From positions 1 to 52,355 of IMG/VR virus record IMGVR_UViG_3300020183_000108: a DNA stretch of 52,355 bases; one strand, written 5' to 3'. A model generated the notes under the pieces. It made no database searches. It saw nothing but the letters and a program-made list of their open reading frames with translations, and was not told the DNA's origin. Of this stretch, positions 26,028 to 35,243 are shown piece by piece; within the stretch, counting starts at the first letter, position 1, and each line of letters opens with the position of its first letter. Made by a program: the position numbers and the translations under genes. The DNA comes from a virus. Its lineage: Duplodnaviria; Caudoviricetes.

Positions 26028-26299
26028 TGTTCATCTCCGTTTGTTGTGGCAAAAACACTTTCAGTTTTTATGTCTGTTCCATCGCTTATGCGCTGTTTTT
26101 TACTGCGTTTTGCAGTGATGAAGTATTCAATCCCTCCAATCGAAACCCAAAAATCTGCACCCATGCCAAGCGCGGCGCCAGTATCTATCCGATCATCGGC
26201 AATTGTTCTCAGCGCCTGGGCGATGGTCCGATAGGCTTCGGCGTCCACCTTATCAGTACCAGCCAAATCAAAAACCATTCTTGTATTTACGTCTTTCAT
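26024..26299 (-). CDS. Hypothetical protein
   Basis: Start MKDVNTR after a GGAGG SD, with ATGA overlap. Confidence 0.55.
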   Translation of the reverse strand: MKDVNTRMVFDLAGTDKVDAEAYRTIAQALRTIADDRIDTGAALGMGADFWVSIGGIEYFITAKRSKKQRISDGTDIKTESVFATTNGDEQ

Positions 26300-26592
26300 G
26301 ACTTCCCTCCTGCCAGCGCGGCATAGCCTTTTGCTTGAGCTTCTCTGTGCGACGAATTGCAAGTATCAACGTAGGGTAAAACATCACGCAACGCCGCTTC
26401 CAATTCCGCGATGCGGGCTTGCAGGGCCGCAGGCCCCATCGCTGGCTTCGCCAAAACAATCCGGCTGATTGTCGCCTGCGAGCATACATATTGCCGCGCC
26501 AGTGCGCCCTGGGAATAATCCCCGGTGGCGTACTGCTCCCTGATTTTGGCCTCCTGCTCAGACGTAAACTTGTGTTGCGCCGCGAATTTCAT
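26296..26592 (-). CDS. HTH DNA-binding protein with C-terminal coiled coil
   Basis: IREQYATGDYSQGALARQYVCSQATISRIV. Confidence 0.65.
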   Translation of the reverse strand: MKFAAQHKFTSEQEAKIREQYATGDYSQGALARQYVCSQATISRIVLAKPAMGPAALQARIAELEAALRDVLPYVDTCNSSHREAQAKGYAALAGGKS

Positions 26593-26786
26593 GGCTTGTC
26601 CCCTATCTTTCGTATCTTCTGCACAGTGGACACGATCTCGCCGTGCCGTTGCTTGCCGTGGTTGCCAGCGATAATAACTCGTTGGCCTGTTTCAAACTGT
26701 GCGAAGTAATGATCCTTCTTCTTGACGATCTCATACGGCACTGAACTTTCATCCAGTGCCAGTATGATCTTTGGGTCTATCTTCAT
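26589..26786 (-). CDS. Hypothetical protein, possible HicA-like fold
   Basis: 65 aa with an alpha-beta-beta-beta-alpha pattern and His in KKKDHYF. Fold guess is weak. Confidence 0.45.
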   Translation of the reverse strand: MKIDPKIILALDESSVPYEIVKKKDHYFAQFETGQRVIIAGNHGKQRHGEIVSTVQKIRKIGDKP

Positions 26787-27004
26787 TGTCGTCGTGCCGC
26801 CGTTCGCTGTTGTGCCATCCACACTTCATTGGCCTTGTCGAATGTGCGCTCAAGTTCAGCCAACTCACGTTGACATGACCAGTACTCCTCAGTGTCTGGG
26901 TAAGTCTGCTCAATGAACTGCTTCTTGGCAGCAATCCTACCCATCAGTGTGTACAGTGACACAGGATTGTTAATATCAACCTTCTTCGGTTCACGGACGA
27001 TCAT
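26783..27004 (-). CDS. Hypothetical protein
   Basis: 73 aa with GGAGG SD, coupled to neighbours. Confidence 0.55.
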   Translation of the reverse strand: MIVREPKKVDINNPVSLYTLMGRIAAKKQFIEQTYPDTEEYWSCQRELAELERTFDKANEVWMAQQRTAARRQ

Positions 27005-27302
27005 CGTCGCCTCCTCCTCTCACTTCATAGGCCAGCAGAAACAGGATGCAGCAGCCAGCGTGCGCCAAATGCGACAGGCCAGTCTCGGGATCACAACGCT
27101 CACCCCTCCACCATGCCCACATGTGGCGCATCAACGCAGAGAACGGGCGGCTCCATGCCATGCCTTTCTCCCAGTTACGCGGTGCGTACTTGGTTGCGCC
27201 GTAGTCAAGCACCTTCACGATCTGCTCTACAGCATCGGATGGCAACAGGTGGTAGGGCAGCTTGCCTGTGTCATCCTTGCGCCCCTCAGTCATCTCGGTC
27301 AT
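26991..27302 (-). CDS. dATP/dGTP diphosphohydrolase domain protein (DUF5664-type)
   Basis: GRKDDTGKLPYHLLP, GATKYAPRNWEKG, ALMRH and DPETGLSHLAHA. Confidence 0.88.
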   Translation of the reverse strand: MTEMTEGRKDDTGKLPYHLLPSDAVEQIVKVLDYGATKYAPRNWEKGMAWSRPFSALMRHMWAWWRGERCDPETGLSHLAHAGCCILFLLAYEVRGGGDDDRP

Positions 27303-27567
27303 CTTGATTCCCCTTACGTGTAAGATACACAGTCTTCTCTGTGTTGGTTATGATGGTTGATAGCTGCACGTTGTAGAACTCTGCAAGCTTCATCAGTTTG
27401 GGAAGTGACGGCATCTGAATGCCGCGCTCCCAATTTGATATACTGGTTTCAGAAAGTCCTGTTGCACCATAAACGGTAATGGCTTTGCGACCGCGCACTT
27501 TGCGTAGTGTACGCAGCACAACACCAAGGGACTTGGCGAACTCATCGAGTTCTATCTTGTCAACCAT
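27286..27567 (-). CDS. XRE-family HTH regulator
   Basis: LRTLRKVRG...TGLSETSISNWERGIQMPSLPKLMKLAEFYNV. Confidence 0.85.
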   Translation of the reverse strand: MVDKIELDEFAKSLGVVLRTLRKVRGRKAITVYGATGLSETSISNWERGIQMPSLPKLMKLAEFYNVQLSTIITNTEKTVYLTRKGNQDDRDD

Positions 27568-27659
27568 ATCACCAACCCCACTGCACAGGCTGTTCCAAAG
27601 AATGATGCAAGCCATATCAAGCACAAGGCTATAATGGCATCGAGCTTTACGTTCTTCAT
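27552..27659 (-). CDS. Small single-TM peptide (35 aa)
   Basis: GGAGG SD and ATGA overlap. Translation MKNVKLDAIIALCLIWLASFFGTACAVGLVIWLTR*. Confidence 0.55.
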   Translation of the reverse strand: MKNVKLDAIIALCLIWLASFFGTACAVGLVIWLTR

Positions 27660-27883
27660 TGTCTCTCCTCCGTTGCGGATAAATAATACCCAAGGGCGCT
27701 GAGCACCGTATCCATATCAACGATACTCGGCACGGTGTCACCGCTGCGCCACCGCCGTAGGGTGCGTGTACTTATCCCTGATCTTGTGGCCAGGGCTTCG
27801 AGCGTTAGCTGCTGCCCTTCCATCAGTGTGTCTAAGGTGTGCACCAGACGATGCACGTCCTTGTTAATTGGTTTCAGTTTCAT
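27656..27883 (-). CDS. XRE-family HTH regulator
   Basis: LTLEALATRSGISTRTLRRWRSGDTVPSI. Confidence 0.82.
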   Translation of the reverse strand: MKLKPINKDVHRLVHTLDTLMEGQQLTLEALATRSGISTRTLRRWRSGDTVPSIVDMDTVLSALGYYLSATEERQ

Positions 27884-28667
27884 CGAACACTCCATACATT
27901 TTGCGAAGGTTGAGACTTTGGTTGGTCAACACTCTTTTGAAAACATGTTTGGCAACGTCCACAGTTGGTGCGCCATACGCCACACCGAACACATCTCTAA
28001 CGATAAGCAGCAGCAACTCAGTGCTTGGCGCACCGCGCTTGATGTCGTTGAACAAAAGCGCAAGTGCAGATGGCGCACCCCAGTCAGTACGCATGGCCCA
28101 TCTGGGGATGGTATGTTCTTCCCCTACCTCACGAATTACACCGTCAACCACACCTAGCTTGACCCGTAGTTCAAACTGCTTCTTGAACACACGCAGATCA
28201 CGCAGCCATTCCTTACGCCTGTCTGTGTTGGTAGTGGGCGGCGGTGGTTCTGTGCTGACACACTCACCCGTGATCATGTTAAACCGAATACCGGGGTAGT
28301 GTTTATGTTTGAAATAGTACCGTGATGTCATTCCGTGTACTACTACGGTATTGATATGCTCGACAGATGGTTTGTAACGACCGCGCGGTGGTACAGCTCT
28401 AAAGGGGATAGTTGTTGGTAGTATTTTCTTGAACACGTACTCCGGTATTGGCTTCGGCGTGTATATCTCGGCTGTATTATCCGGGCGGATGACAGCCACC
28501 AGTTTGTGCGGTGTGCCCCAGTATAGATGGTAGATATCGCCGTACCCATTCTTCTCCCGCACCAAGCGGAACAAGTGGTTAAGCGGCTTACCCTGCTCAG
28601 GCTTAAGTGCTTTTGCAAACACCGCTGCTGCATCAGCGTAGTTGCTTATCAATGGTTTGTTGCTCAT
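27864..28667 (-). CDS. Hypothetical protein
   Basis: 267 aa, basic, with GAGG SD. Confidence 0.65.
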   Translation of the reverse strand: MSNKPLISNYADAAAVFAKALKPEQGKPLNHLFRLVREKNGYGDIYHLYWGTPHKLVAVIRPDNTAEIYTPKPIPEYVFKKILPTTIPFRAVPPRGRYKPSVEHINTVVVHGMTSRYYFKHKHYPGIRFNMITGECVSTEPPPPTTNTDRRKEWLRDLRVFKKQFELRVKLGVVDGVIREVGEEHTIPRWAMRTDWGAPSALALLFNDIKRGAPSTELLLLIVRDVFGVAYGAPTVDVAKHVFKRVLTNQSLNLRKMYGVFDETETN

Positions 28668-28852
28668 AGTCCCCTCACTTTCACTGTCACTTTATTTCGT
28701 TCGATCTCAACGGTGTGCGTACCCTTGGCTACGCCGACGAGAGTGCTGCACAGAACATCCTTCTCATCAGTCAGAGCGCGAATCCTGCGCTCCAACCAGA
28801 GGCACCACACGGCCAGCACAAGGCCGAGGGTGACCAGCACAGGTTCGCTCAT
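28664..28852 (-). CDS. Small membrane-anchored protein
   Basis: 62 aa with an N-terminal TM helix, coupled to the vWA gene. Confidence 0.6.
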   Translation of the reverse strand: MSEPVLVTLGLVLAVWCLWLERRIRALTDEKDVLCSTLVGVAKGTHTVEIERNKVTVKVRGL

Positions 28853-29952
28853 ATCTTCACCACCTCACCCCATGGTGCCTTGTCGTCGCCGTTGCTAACC
28901 CACAGCACAGGGTGCTCAGGTGCAGGGCCGAAGTCATCGCAGTACAGGTCTGTCAGAAACACAGTGGCAACAGGGTTGATGTTGACTTCCTCCATGAACC
29001 GGAACACAGGACTGAACGCTGTACCGCCACCACCATGAGGCTCGATGTGCAGCACATCATCACGACCAAAGCGGTCGTAGTGGCACACCTTACTGTCGAA
29101 GTAGATAACGTGCAGGGCAGACGGGTTGCTATCCCCCTTGATTGATCGGACCTCGGCAGCGAACTCGTTGAGTTCACGCTGACCAATCGAACCGGAGCAG
29201 TCAACGGCAATGGCGATCTCACCGAGGCCCTCACCCGTCACGCTAGGTAGGTACAGCCCTTGTGAAAGGAACCGCCTGTTGGGCCGTGAGAAGCTACGCG
29301 TGTCGGTCTTGCACTTCTCAACGAAGCGGCGCAGCACATCACGCCAGTCCACCTTGGGATGCAGTGTCTCGTCAATGAAACGCTGCATGTTGGCAGACAG
29401 TTTGCCCATCATCTTCGCAGCCTGCGCTGCCTGAGCTACCTTTACTCGCCACTCAGCCTGCTCCTGTGCCTGCTCAGCAGGGGAACCATCGGCATCCTGT
29501 ACGTCAGCACCGGTGCCGCCGGGTGCACCCTCATCTTCGCTCTGTTCTGGCAAGATGTTATAAATACCGTCACTGGTACCGTTGCCTGTCTGATAGATGT
29601 TACGGTCGAAGCAGCCGCCGTCGATGAACTTGCCGATCTTCTCGTCAATGAGAAGCTGGTTGATCACGTAGTCAGCGGCTTTGTTCCACCGCATAGCCTG
29701 CCGCCCATGCCGCCTGTAGTTGTGATCAAGCATGGGATGAAAGCACTCATGGGCCACAAGGAATGTGACCTGTTCATCAGTCAGGGTGCCAAGGAAGTCA
29801 GGGTTGAACCTGATTTCCTTGCCGTTGGTGCAGGCAGTCGGGATGGCGTCATCCAGATACATAGGCATGTTGAGTGCAACACTGCCGACGAACGGGTGCT
29901 GCAAGATCAGTGCTGTCTTGGCCTTGGCCAAGCGTTTCATATGGTCCATCAC
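28849..29952 (-). CDS. Metallopeptidase-vWA fusion (DUF2201-type)
   Basis: TACTNG, LVAHECFH and WNKAAD zincin motifs. MIDAS DCSGS, GGGGTAF and FLTD. Confidence 0.9.
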   Translation of the reverse strand: MMDHMKRLAKAKTALILQHPFVGSVALNMPMYLDDAIPTACTNGKEIRFNPDFLGTLTDEQVTFLVAHECFHPMLDHNYRRHGRQAMRWNKAADYVINQLLIDEKIGKFIDGGCFDRNIYQTGNGTSDGIYNILPEQSEDEGAPGGTGADVQDADGSPAEQAQEQAEWRVKVAQAAQAAKMMGKLSANMQRFIDETLHPKVDWRDVLRRFVEKCKTDTRSFSRPNRRFLSQGLYLPSVTGEGLGEIAIAVDCSGSIGQRELNEFAAEVRSIKGDSNPSALHVIYFDSKVCHYDRFGRDDVLHIEPHGGGGTAFSPVFRFMEEVNINPVATVFLTDLYCDDFGPAPEHPVLWVSNGDDKAPWGEVVKI

Positions 29953-30326
29953 ACAACCCTCAGAAGGCTGATGCCGTTACGCAGCGGGTCACGACACGTG
30001 AGGTAGTTACCGTTGCCCCACATCTGGCCAGCACGTGACGACACGGACGACTGCACTGACCTCAGATCGAAGTCGCCTACAGGTATGAACACCTCATCGC
30101 CCGGACCCATGGTTGTAATATAGCCAAGGACGTAATCGCGCAGGGTATTGTGCGGGTACTTATGTGGTCCCCGCTTACGCACTTTCTCAGGCACTGGTGC
30201 AGCAACCACAAGGGTGCCGTACTCCGTGCCGTTGGGTGCAATGATCTTGTACTGCACACCAAGGCTATCAATGCGCTTGAGCGCATCGATAAGAACCCGT
30301 TGCTTCAGTTCGGTCCATTCAGTCAT
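29949..30326 (-). CDS. Hypothetical protein (possible DNA-binding)
   Basis: 125 aa with GAGGAG SD. Confidence 0.6.
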   Translation of the reverse strand: MTEWTELKQRVLIDALKRIDSLGVQYKIIAPNGTEYGTLVVAAPVPEKVRKRGPHKYPHNTLRDYVLGYITTMGPGDEVFIPVGDFDLRSVQSSVSSRAGQMWGNGNYLTCRDPLRNGISLLRVV

Positions 30327-30340
30327 CGTTCATTCTCCTC

Positions 30341-31192
30341 TTATATGCCGCTCATGAATGAGCGCATCTTGTCCATGATTTGTTGTGCCTGCTCGGCAGT
30401 GTCTTGCCGCAGGGTCTCGCTTGCCCTCAGTGCATCAGGATGATGCGCTGCCAGTTTGCTCTCCACTTCCTGCCTCATTGCCTCAAGGTTAGGATCATCA
30501 CTGATGTTGAGCCGAGGCAGAAGTTCACACAATTCTTTGGCATGATCAATAAGGCTGTCGTAGATGCGGCCCTTGGGATTACCAAGCTGCCGGGCGATGT
30601 GCTCAACACGCTCAAACAAGCGGTTCCATATGTCACGGGATGCTACCGCATGGGCCTGCTTGAGACGGGATGAAACATCCTCTTGTAACCGTGTCAGTTC
30701 ATCGCTTGACAAGGTCGTACGGAAATCAGTCGAGGGTACAGGAAACACAGCCATGTCGATCTTGAACTTAGCCGCGATCTGGCTGTCATCCGGGTAGTCG
30801 TTATCCAGATACATATTGCCAAGAGAACGCTTGGCTTGCAGCTTGAGTGCTGGGTAATGATGCACGAAGCTGTTGACCAGTGACAGCCACTCACCCTTGG
30901 CAGTACGGAACTTCGTCATGAAGTTAAGATAGTTAGCCGAAGGTAGAAGCTGCGTACCCTCCATGCCCCAGGGCAGCGTGTTGTTGTAGAACTCCGCACG
31001 AATGGCACTGCTCCGAGCATGGACCTGCTCAAGATAGTCGTTAGCAGGCAGAAGCACCTTGTTGAACCGACCAGCATCCTTGCTGGCGTAATTCATGCTG
31101 AGTGCCTGATCGGTTACTCGTTTGTCATGTTTGCGCGCCGTCCACTGTGAGATGGAAAGCTGCACAAGCAAAGCGCGATCACTTAGGTTCAT
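30341..31192 (-). CDS. DUF3150-like helical protein of MoxR/vWA clusters
   Basis: ALLVQLSISQWTARK, TLPW, DYP and LNISDDP, between the MoxR ATPase and vWA genes. Confidence 0.65.
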   Translation of the reverse strand: MNLSDRALLVQLSISQWTARKHDKRVTDQALSMNYASKDAGRFNKVLLPANDYLEQVHARSSAIRAEFYNNTLPWGMEGTQLLPSANYLNFMTKFRTAKGEWLSLVNSFVHHYPALKLQAKRSLGNMYLDNDYPDDSQIAAKFKIDMAVFPVPSTDFRTTLSSDELTRLQEDVSSRLKQAHAVASRDIWNRLFERVEHIARQLGNPKGRIYDSLIDHAKELCELLPRLNISDDPNLEAMRQEVESKLAAHHPDALRASETLRQDTAEQAQQIMDKMRSFMSGI

Positions 31193-31204
31193 CGTTCTGT
31201 CTCC

Positions 31205-32197
31205 TCAGAAAAGTACATCGTTGTGTTTGACTGCCCACTGCGTAAACGCTGCCGTGTTGGCTAGGGCAGGGCTACGCCGTGCCGCTTGGCTGACGGTCAG
31301 TACGCTGAACTCAGGCGGCATACGCTCACAGTACATGCACACTCTTGCAAAGTTACTGTCAGTAGCACGTGTCGCCAGTGCACCAGACAAGGCATAGAGT
31401 GTCGCCGGGTCAGACGGCACATCGGCAGTATCAGGGTGCAGCAGGATGCTGTCAGGGTTAGGCAGCTTGCGGAAGATACGCAGAAACCCCACAAACTCAG
31501 CCGCAGCGCCCTCACCAACAGCACCTTTGAAACATTCGTACTCTGCATCAGGCGGCACTACACCAAGCACAGCGGAGACACCCTCAACCCATGACCTAGG
31601 TGTGGGATTGCAGTCCCGCTGTGGGTCGAAGTCATGCAGCAAGTTAGGCCGGAAGCGTAGGAAGCTGACCACCTCAGCCTTCACACCATGGCTCAGCATC
31701 CATGCAGAGCTGTCATCGAGGTGTGTCTCAAGCTCAAGCACAGTCTCACGGTTACGCAAGTGAGACAGCACACGGTTAGCCCCAGCACGGTCACTCTGCC
31801 TGTTACCAGTGGACACGACAGACCAGCCATCGGCCATAGGTACACCATGCAGGTTCCTTGCCTGACAGATGTTTGCCAGAACCTTCTGCAAGTCGGCACT
31901 GGCTTGGTTACGGTCATCGAAGCAGAGCACACCGCCCCTATCAGTGTCGTGCTGACTGCCCTTGGCAGGGAACCAGTCGGGTATTTTATATGCAAGTGTG
32001 GCACCGTCGATGGTAGGTATGCCGAAGTCCTCAACCAGCATGGTTGGCATGTGCCGCTCGATGTATTGCAGACCTAGATCATGCGATACATCCTGTGTGA
32101 TGGTGGTTTTGCCACCGCCCGGCGGGCCTTCGATACAGACTGTTCGCTGCGCCTTGATAAGCGCCGCAAGTGTAGCCTTCATAAGCTGTGGTCTCAT
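31205..32197 (-). CDS. MoxR-family AAA+ ATPase
   Basis: Walker A GPPGGGKT, Walker B variant LCFDDRN, STGNR, LRNR and PTPRSW. Confidence 0.9.
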   Translation of the reverse strand: MRPQLMKATLAALIKAQRTVCIEGPPGGGKTTITQDVSHDLGLQYIERHMPTMLVEDFGIPTIDGATLAYKIPDWFPAKGSQHDTDRGGVLCFDDRNQASADLQKVLANICQARNLHGVPMADGWSVVSTGNRQSDRAGANRVLSHLRNRETVLELETHLDDSSAWMLSHGVKAEVVSFLRFRPNLLHDFDPQRDCNPTPRSWVEGVSAVLGVVPPDAEYECFKGAVGEGAAAEFVGFLRIFRKLPNPDSILLHPDTADVPSDPATLYALSGALATRATDSNFARVCMYCERMPPEFSVLTVSQAARRSPALANTAAFTQWAVKHNDVLF

Positions 32198-32208
32198 GTT
32201 CTCTCTCC

Positions 32209-33234
32209 TCAGTGTTTACGTGTTGATGGTGCGTAGTAATCGTCAAGGCACTTGTTGAAGTCGTCAACTGTGATGCCAAGCTCCTCAAGCATCAGTGTCG
32301 CAACCTCGGGGTTATCCCACACAAGATCACTCAGTGTGGGAGCAAAGCGATGGTAGCCTGAGCCACGTGCTGCCTTGGTGACGGTCGATGACCAGCCACC
32401 GTAGTCGTAAGCATACTCGTTGTCCTTGGCTGGATCACGCATGACTGGCAGTGCTGCAATATCAAGCTGACACAAACGCTCAAGCAAGTGAGCAGCAAAC
32501 GACACGTCAAGATACTCGTTGCTGGTATGAGCGTTGAAGTACCCAACGCTGAGGTTGGTGCACTCTGGCACAAGGTCAGTGTAGTTAGCCGTATCTGTGA
32601 ACGTACCGCCGGTGTCCAGAGTGAACGGCTTGCCAAGCTGCGCTGCCAGTGCAGAACCAAATGCGTCAGAGGCACAGCGTAACCCTTGGTGTGTGATGAC
32701 ACTGGTGGTGCCACGGCGGTCGAACGCAATGGCATACTGTATGCTGGTCAGTAGCTCTGGCGTGTGTTTGGCGATGTAGGTTGAACCGAGGCCACCCACT
32801 TCCTCGCTGTCATGGAAGATGTATAGACCCGGCACGTTACGCCGGATCATGTTGACCATTAGCCACACACCAACGGTGCAGTCAGCACCAAGGCACGATG
32901 ATTGGGATGTCTCGTGCAGTGACAGCAAGCCACCGCCATAGACCACCTTCTGTGTGCCAGCAGTGCGGTGCGCAGTGTCAGTATGTGATGACCACAGTAC
33001 GGGGTGGTCAGTGAGACTACCCACTTGCAAGATACGATTACCTGCCTTGTCGATGGTCATGCCGGGGATGTCATCTAGGTACTGCTTGCAGAACGCAGTG
33101 ACAGCCTTGGTACCTGCCGGGCGGCAGGTAGTGTGCATGGTAACCAGCTCACGAATGGCTGGTGTGGTGAATGTTGGTGGCTTGGTGAATGGCTTGGTCA
33201 TAGGCTTGGTTGGCTTGGCTGGTGTGAATGTCAT
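32209..33234 (-). CDS. M28/M20-clan Zn peptidase-like protein
   Basis: SHTDT, LGADC, SEEVGGLGS, FDRRG, FTD and NLSVGYFNAHT metal-ligand pattern. Confidence 0.85.
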   Translation of the reverse strand: MTFTPAKPTKPMTKPFTKPPTFTTPAIRELVTMHTTCRPAGTKAVTAFCKQYLDDIPGMTIDKAGNRILQVGSLTDHPVLWSSHTDTAHRTAGTQKVVYGGGLLSLHETSQSSCLGADCTVGVWLMVNMIRRNVPGLYIFHDSEEVGGLGSTYIAKHTPELLTSIQYAIAFDRRGTTSVITHQGLRCASDAFGSALAAQLGKPFTLDTGGTFTDTANYTDLVPECTNLSVGYFNAHTSNEYLDVSFAAHLLERLCQLDIAALPVMRDPAKDNEYAYDYGGWSSTVTKAARGSGYHRFAPTLSDLVWDNPEVATLMLEELGITVDDFNKCLDDYYAPSTRKH

Positions 33235-33252
33235 TGTTGTTGTTCCTTGTTC

Positions 33253-34752
33253 TTATGCTGCCATGGCAGCATTGAAGTCGAGCACATGTTGGTTGTGGTC
33301 ATGAATGGTAGGGCTGGTCGGTGACAGCTTGAATGTGTCGCTGTCGTCATAGTGCTCGGCACAGTCAGTGCACACCATCTCACCATCGTCGTTGTGTGTG
33401 CTGCTCATGAAGTCGTTGGTGTACGCTTCACCACAGTCGGGGCAGACGAAGTAATCATCGCCTGTCTTCTCTGCACACCATGTCTCAGTGGTGGTGCCAC
33501 CACGAGCTGTCCGTACGGTCACCTCGACAGAGATGAAGTGGCGACTGTCATAGTAAGCCCCAGTATGCTCACAGTAGAAAGCATTGTTGTCACAAGCATC
33601 CTGCGACCATGTTTGTGTCGTCTCCCGAAGGCTGGTATCGTTGAAACGGTATCGACATCCCTTGGTGACGACTTGATTGCAACCATGGTCATCTGGGTAG
33701 TTTTCCTCATTGCGTTCACAGAAGAACGTACAGCTCTCGTAACAGTGGTAACAATAGGTATCGCCCTGCACAACTTGGGCCTCGTCTTCATCCACACCAT
33801 CGCCGCAGTGGTCACATGTGTACTGCGACCTGCTTTGGATATACCCGTTGGTATTGGTGGCACTGTACTGACCATCAAAGTCAATCTCAAAGTGGTCACC
33901 GTAATCGACCACACTCTGCACATCACCGTCGATGTAGGGCATGACAAACCTAGAACCGCCGTTCATCTCAATACGGCGCAGCCTTGCACCAGAGAAGTCG
34001 TGGGTACGAGTAAAACCAGCAACCTGTAATTTCTCACGAAGGGTGATCCGCATAGTCTCACTGATGCCATACAGCTTGACGTATGTTTCCTGGGAAGGCC
34101 ACACCAAAGTACGCGCCAGCACCTTGTCGGGGTTGTTGGGGTCACGGATATAGGCAATGGCCAGCGAGTCGCTTCGTGAACCCGTGTAATACACAGCAGC
34201 AGGGTGTACTGGTGTGCCATAATGATCCGTTGGTTTAGCCATGCAGCTTACGTGTGTGCTGCTCTCGCTGCATACTTGTTGGTTCTCATAAGCGAAGATG
34301 AAGGCTTCCTTGGTCTGCTCAATAGTCAGGGTGTAGGTATCTACTGCAAACTTACCAGCGATATCCCTGATCTGGTCACTCGACAGGGTACCAGAGTGAT
34401 AACGAGCAAGATAACGAGTGACGGGCAGCTTGAGCTGTACGTCTTGCTGACCCTTGGTTGGGTTCTCAGTGAACGCCAGCATACCATCAGTGATGGTGGT
34501 ACCTTGGGCCAGATGAACGAAGTGGTCAGGGTTGCAGTAAAGTTCGAACCAGCCTGGCACTGGTGTGTAGGTTCCGTCCTCCAGACGGATGCGTTCTCGT
34601 GCCATCCATGAGTTATCATCAGGATCAGTGATAGCTTGGATACGAGTACGGAAACTATACATACCACGAGCCATCACAGCTTCCTGCGCTGTATCGTAGA
34701 TGATATCCGATACGGGTTCGTCGGTCTCGACATTGATAACTTGATAGGGCAT
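33253..34752 (-). CDS. Uncharacterised protein with SCM...ARTLVW...LYG...PYID core and C-terminal Cys (Zn-ribbon) repeats
   Basis: Start set at ATG 34752 after a GAGG SD. CDHC, CYHC, CPDC and CTDC plus degenerate copies. Confidence 0.75.
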   Translation of the reverse strand: MPYQVINVETDEPVSDIIYDTAQEAVMARGMYSFRTRIQAITDPDDNSWMARERIRLEDGTYTPVPGWFELYCNPDHFVHLAQGTTITDGMLAFTENPTKGQQDVQLKLPVTRYLARYHSGTLSSDQIRDIAGKFAVDTYTLTIEQTKEAFIFAYENQQVCSESSTHVSCMAKPTDHYGTPVHPAAVYYTGSRSDSLAIAYIRDPNNPDKVLARTLVWPSQETYVKLYGISETMRITLREKLQVAGFTRTHDFSGARLRRIEMNGGSRFVMPYIDGDVQSVVDYGDHFEIDFDGQYSATNTNGYIQSRSQYTCDHCGDGVDEDEAQVVQGDTYCYHCYESCTFFCERNEENYPDDHGCNQVVTKGCRYRFNDTSLRETTQTWSQDACDNNAFYCEHTGAYYDSRHFISVEVTVRTARGGTTTETWCAEKTGDDYFVCPDCGEAYTNDFMSSTHNDDGEMVCTDCAEHYDDSDTFKLSPTSPTIHDHNQHVLDFNAAMAA

Positions 34753-34807
34753 TGTAAGGTTACCTCGTATATGCCATCGGCTAGGCCGGGATTGGCCGCC
34801 GGATTTG

Positions 34808-34836
34808 AACATAGCACGCCCCGCCGATTCGGTCAA
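34808..34836 (-). promoter_or_regulatory. Sigma70-type early promoter with extended -10 and a GANTC site next to -35
   Basis: TTGACC-17 bp (GAATCGGCGGGGCGTGC)-TATGTT, with TG before the -10. Confidence 0.75.
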
Positions 34837-34858
34837 GCCTGACCTTATACAGGTGTAC

Positions 34859-34895
34859 ACAATCTATTTTTAGGGGGGACAATCTATTTTTAGGG
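34859..34895 (+). repeat. Direct repeat ACAATCTATTTTTAGGG x2
   Basis: Copies at 34859-34875 and 34879-34895. Confidence 0.92.
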
Positions 34896-35243
34896 ATGGT
34901 GTAGATTGAAAAATAGATTATTTTTATGCTACGATTTCAGTGGGTTACGCCAACAATCTAAATAATCTGTTGGGAATGTGATAGGTTACGGTTTTTATTG
35001 GGGGGTATATAAGTTTACATGTAAAGGTATAGTATTATGCGTTCATCTTTTGTTCTGGGTCGCGCGCGAGGTGTTACTTTTTATATTAGATTAGATTATT
35101 AGATTGTGTAAAGACAATATATAATAGAATCAGTGGTTTACTTCGACAAAACTTATCACAAGTGTAAACTAACCAAGCAAACTTTACCAAAACATCCCCT
35201 GAAATAGATTTTTTAGCGTTAAGTTACAGTCACCTGGATACAC

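Noticed and set aside
26991-27302. dATP/dGTP diphosphohydrolase as a sign of a 2-aminoadenine (Z) genome
   Set aside because: No PurZ or DatZ-like gene recognised, and the domain is common on its own in phages.
33165-33230. GGCTTGGT repeats at the start of the M28 gene as regulatory sites
   Set aside because: Explained by a low-complexity TKP-repeat N-terminal tail.
34753-34860. N-terminal extension of ORF 33253..34860
   Set aside because: It overlaps the predicted promoter. ATG 34752 has a proper SD.
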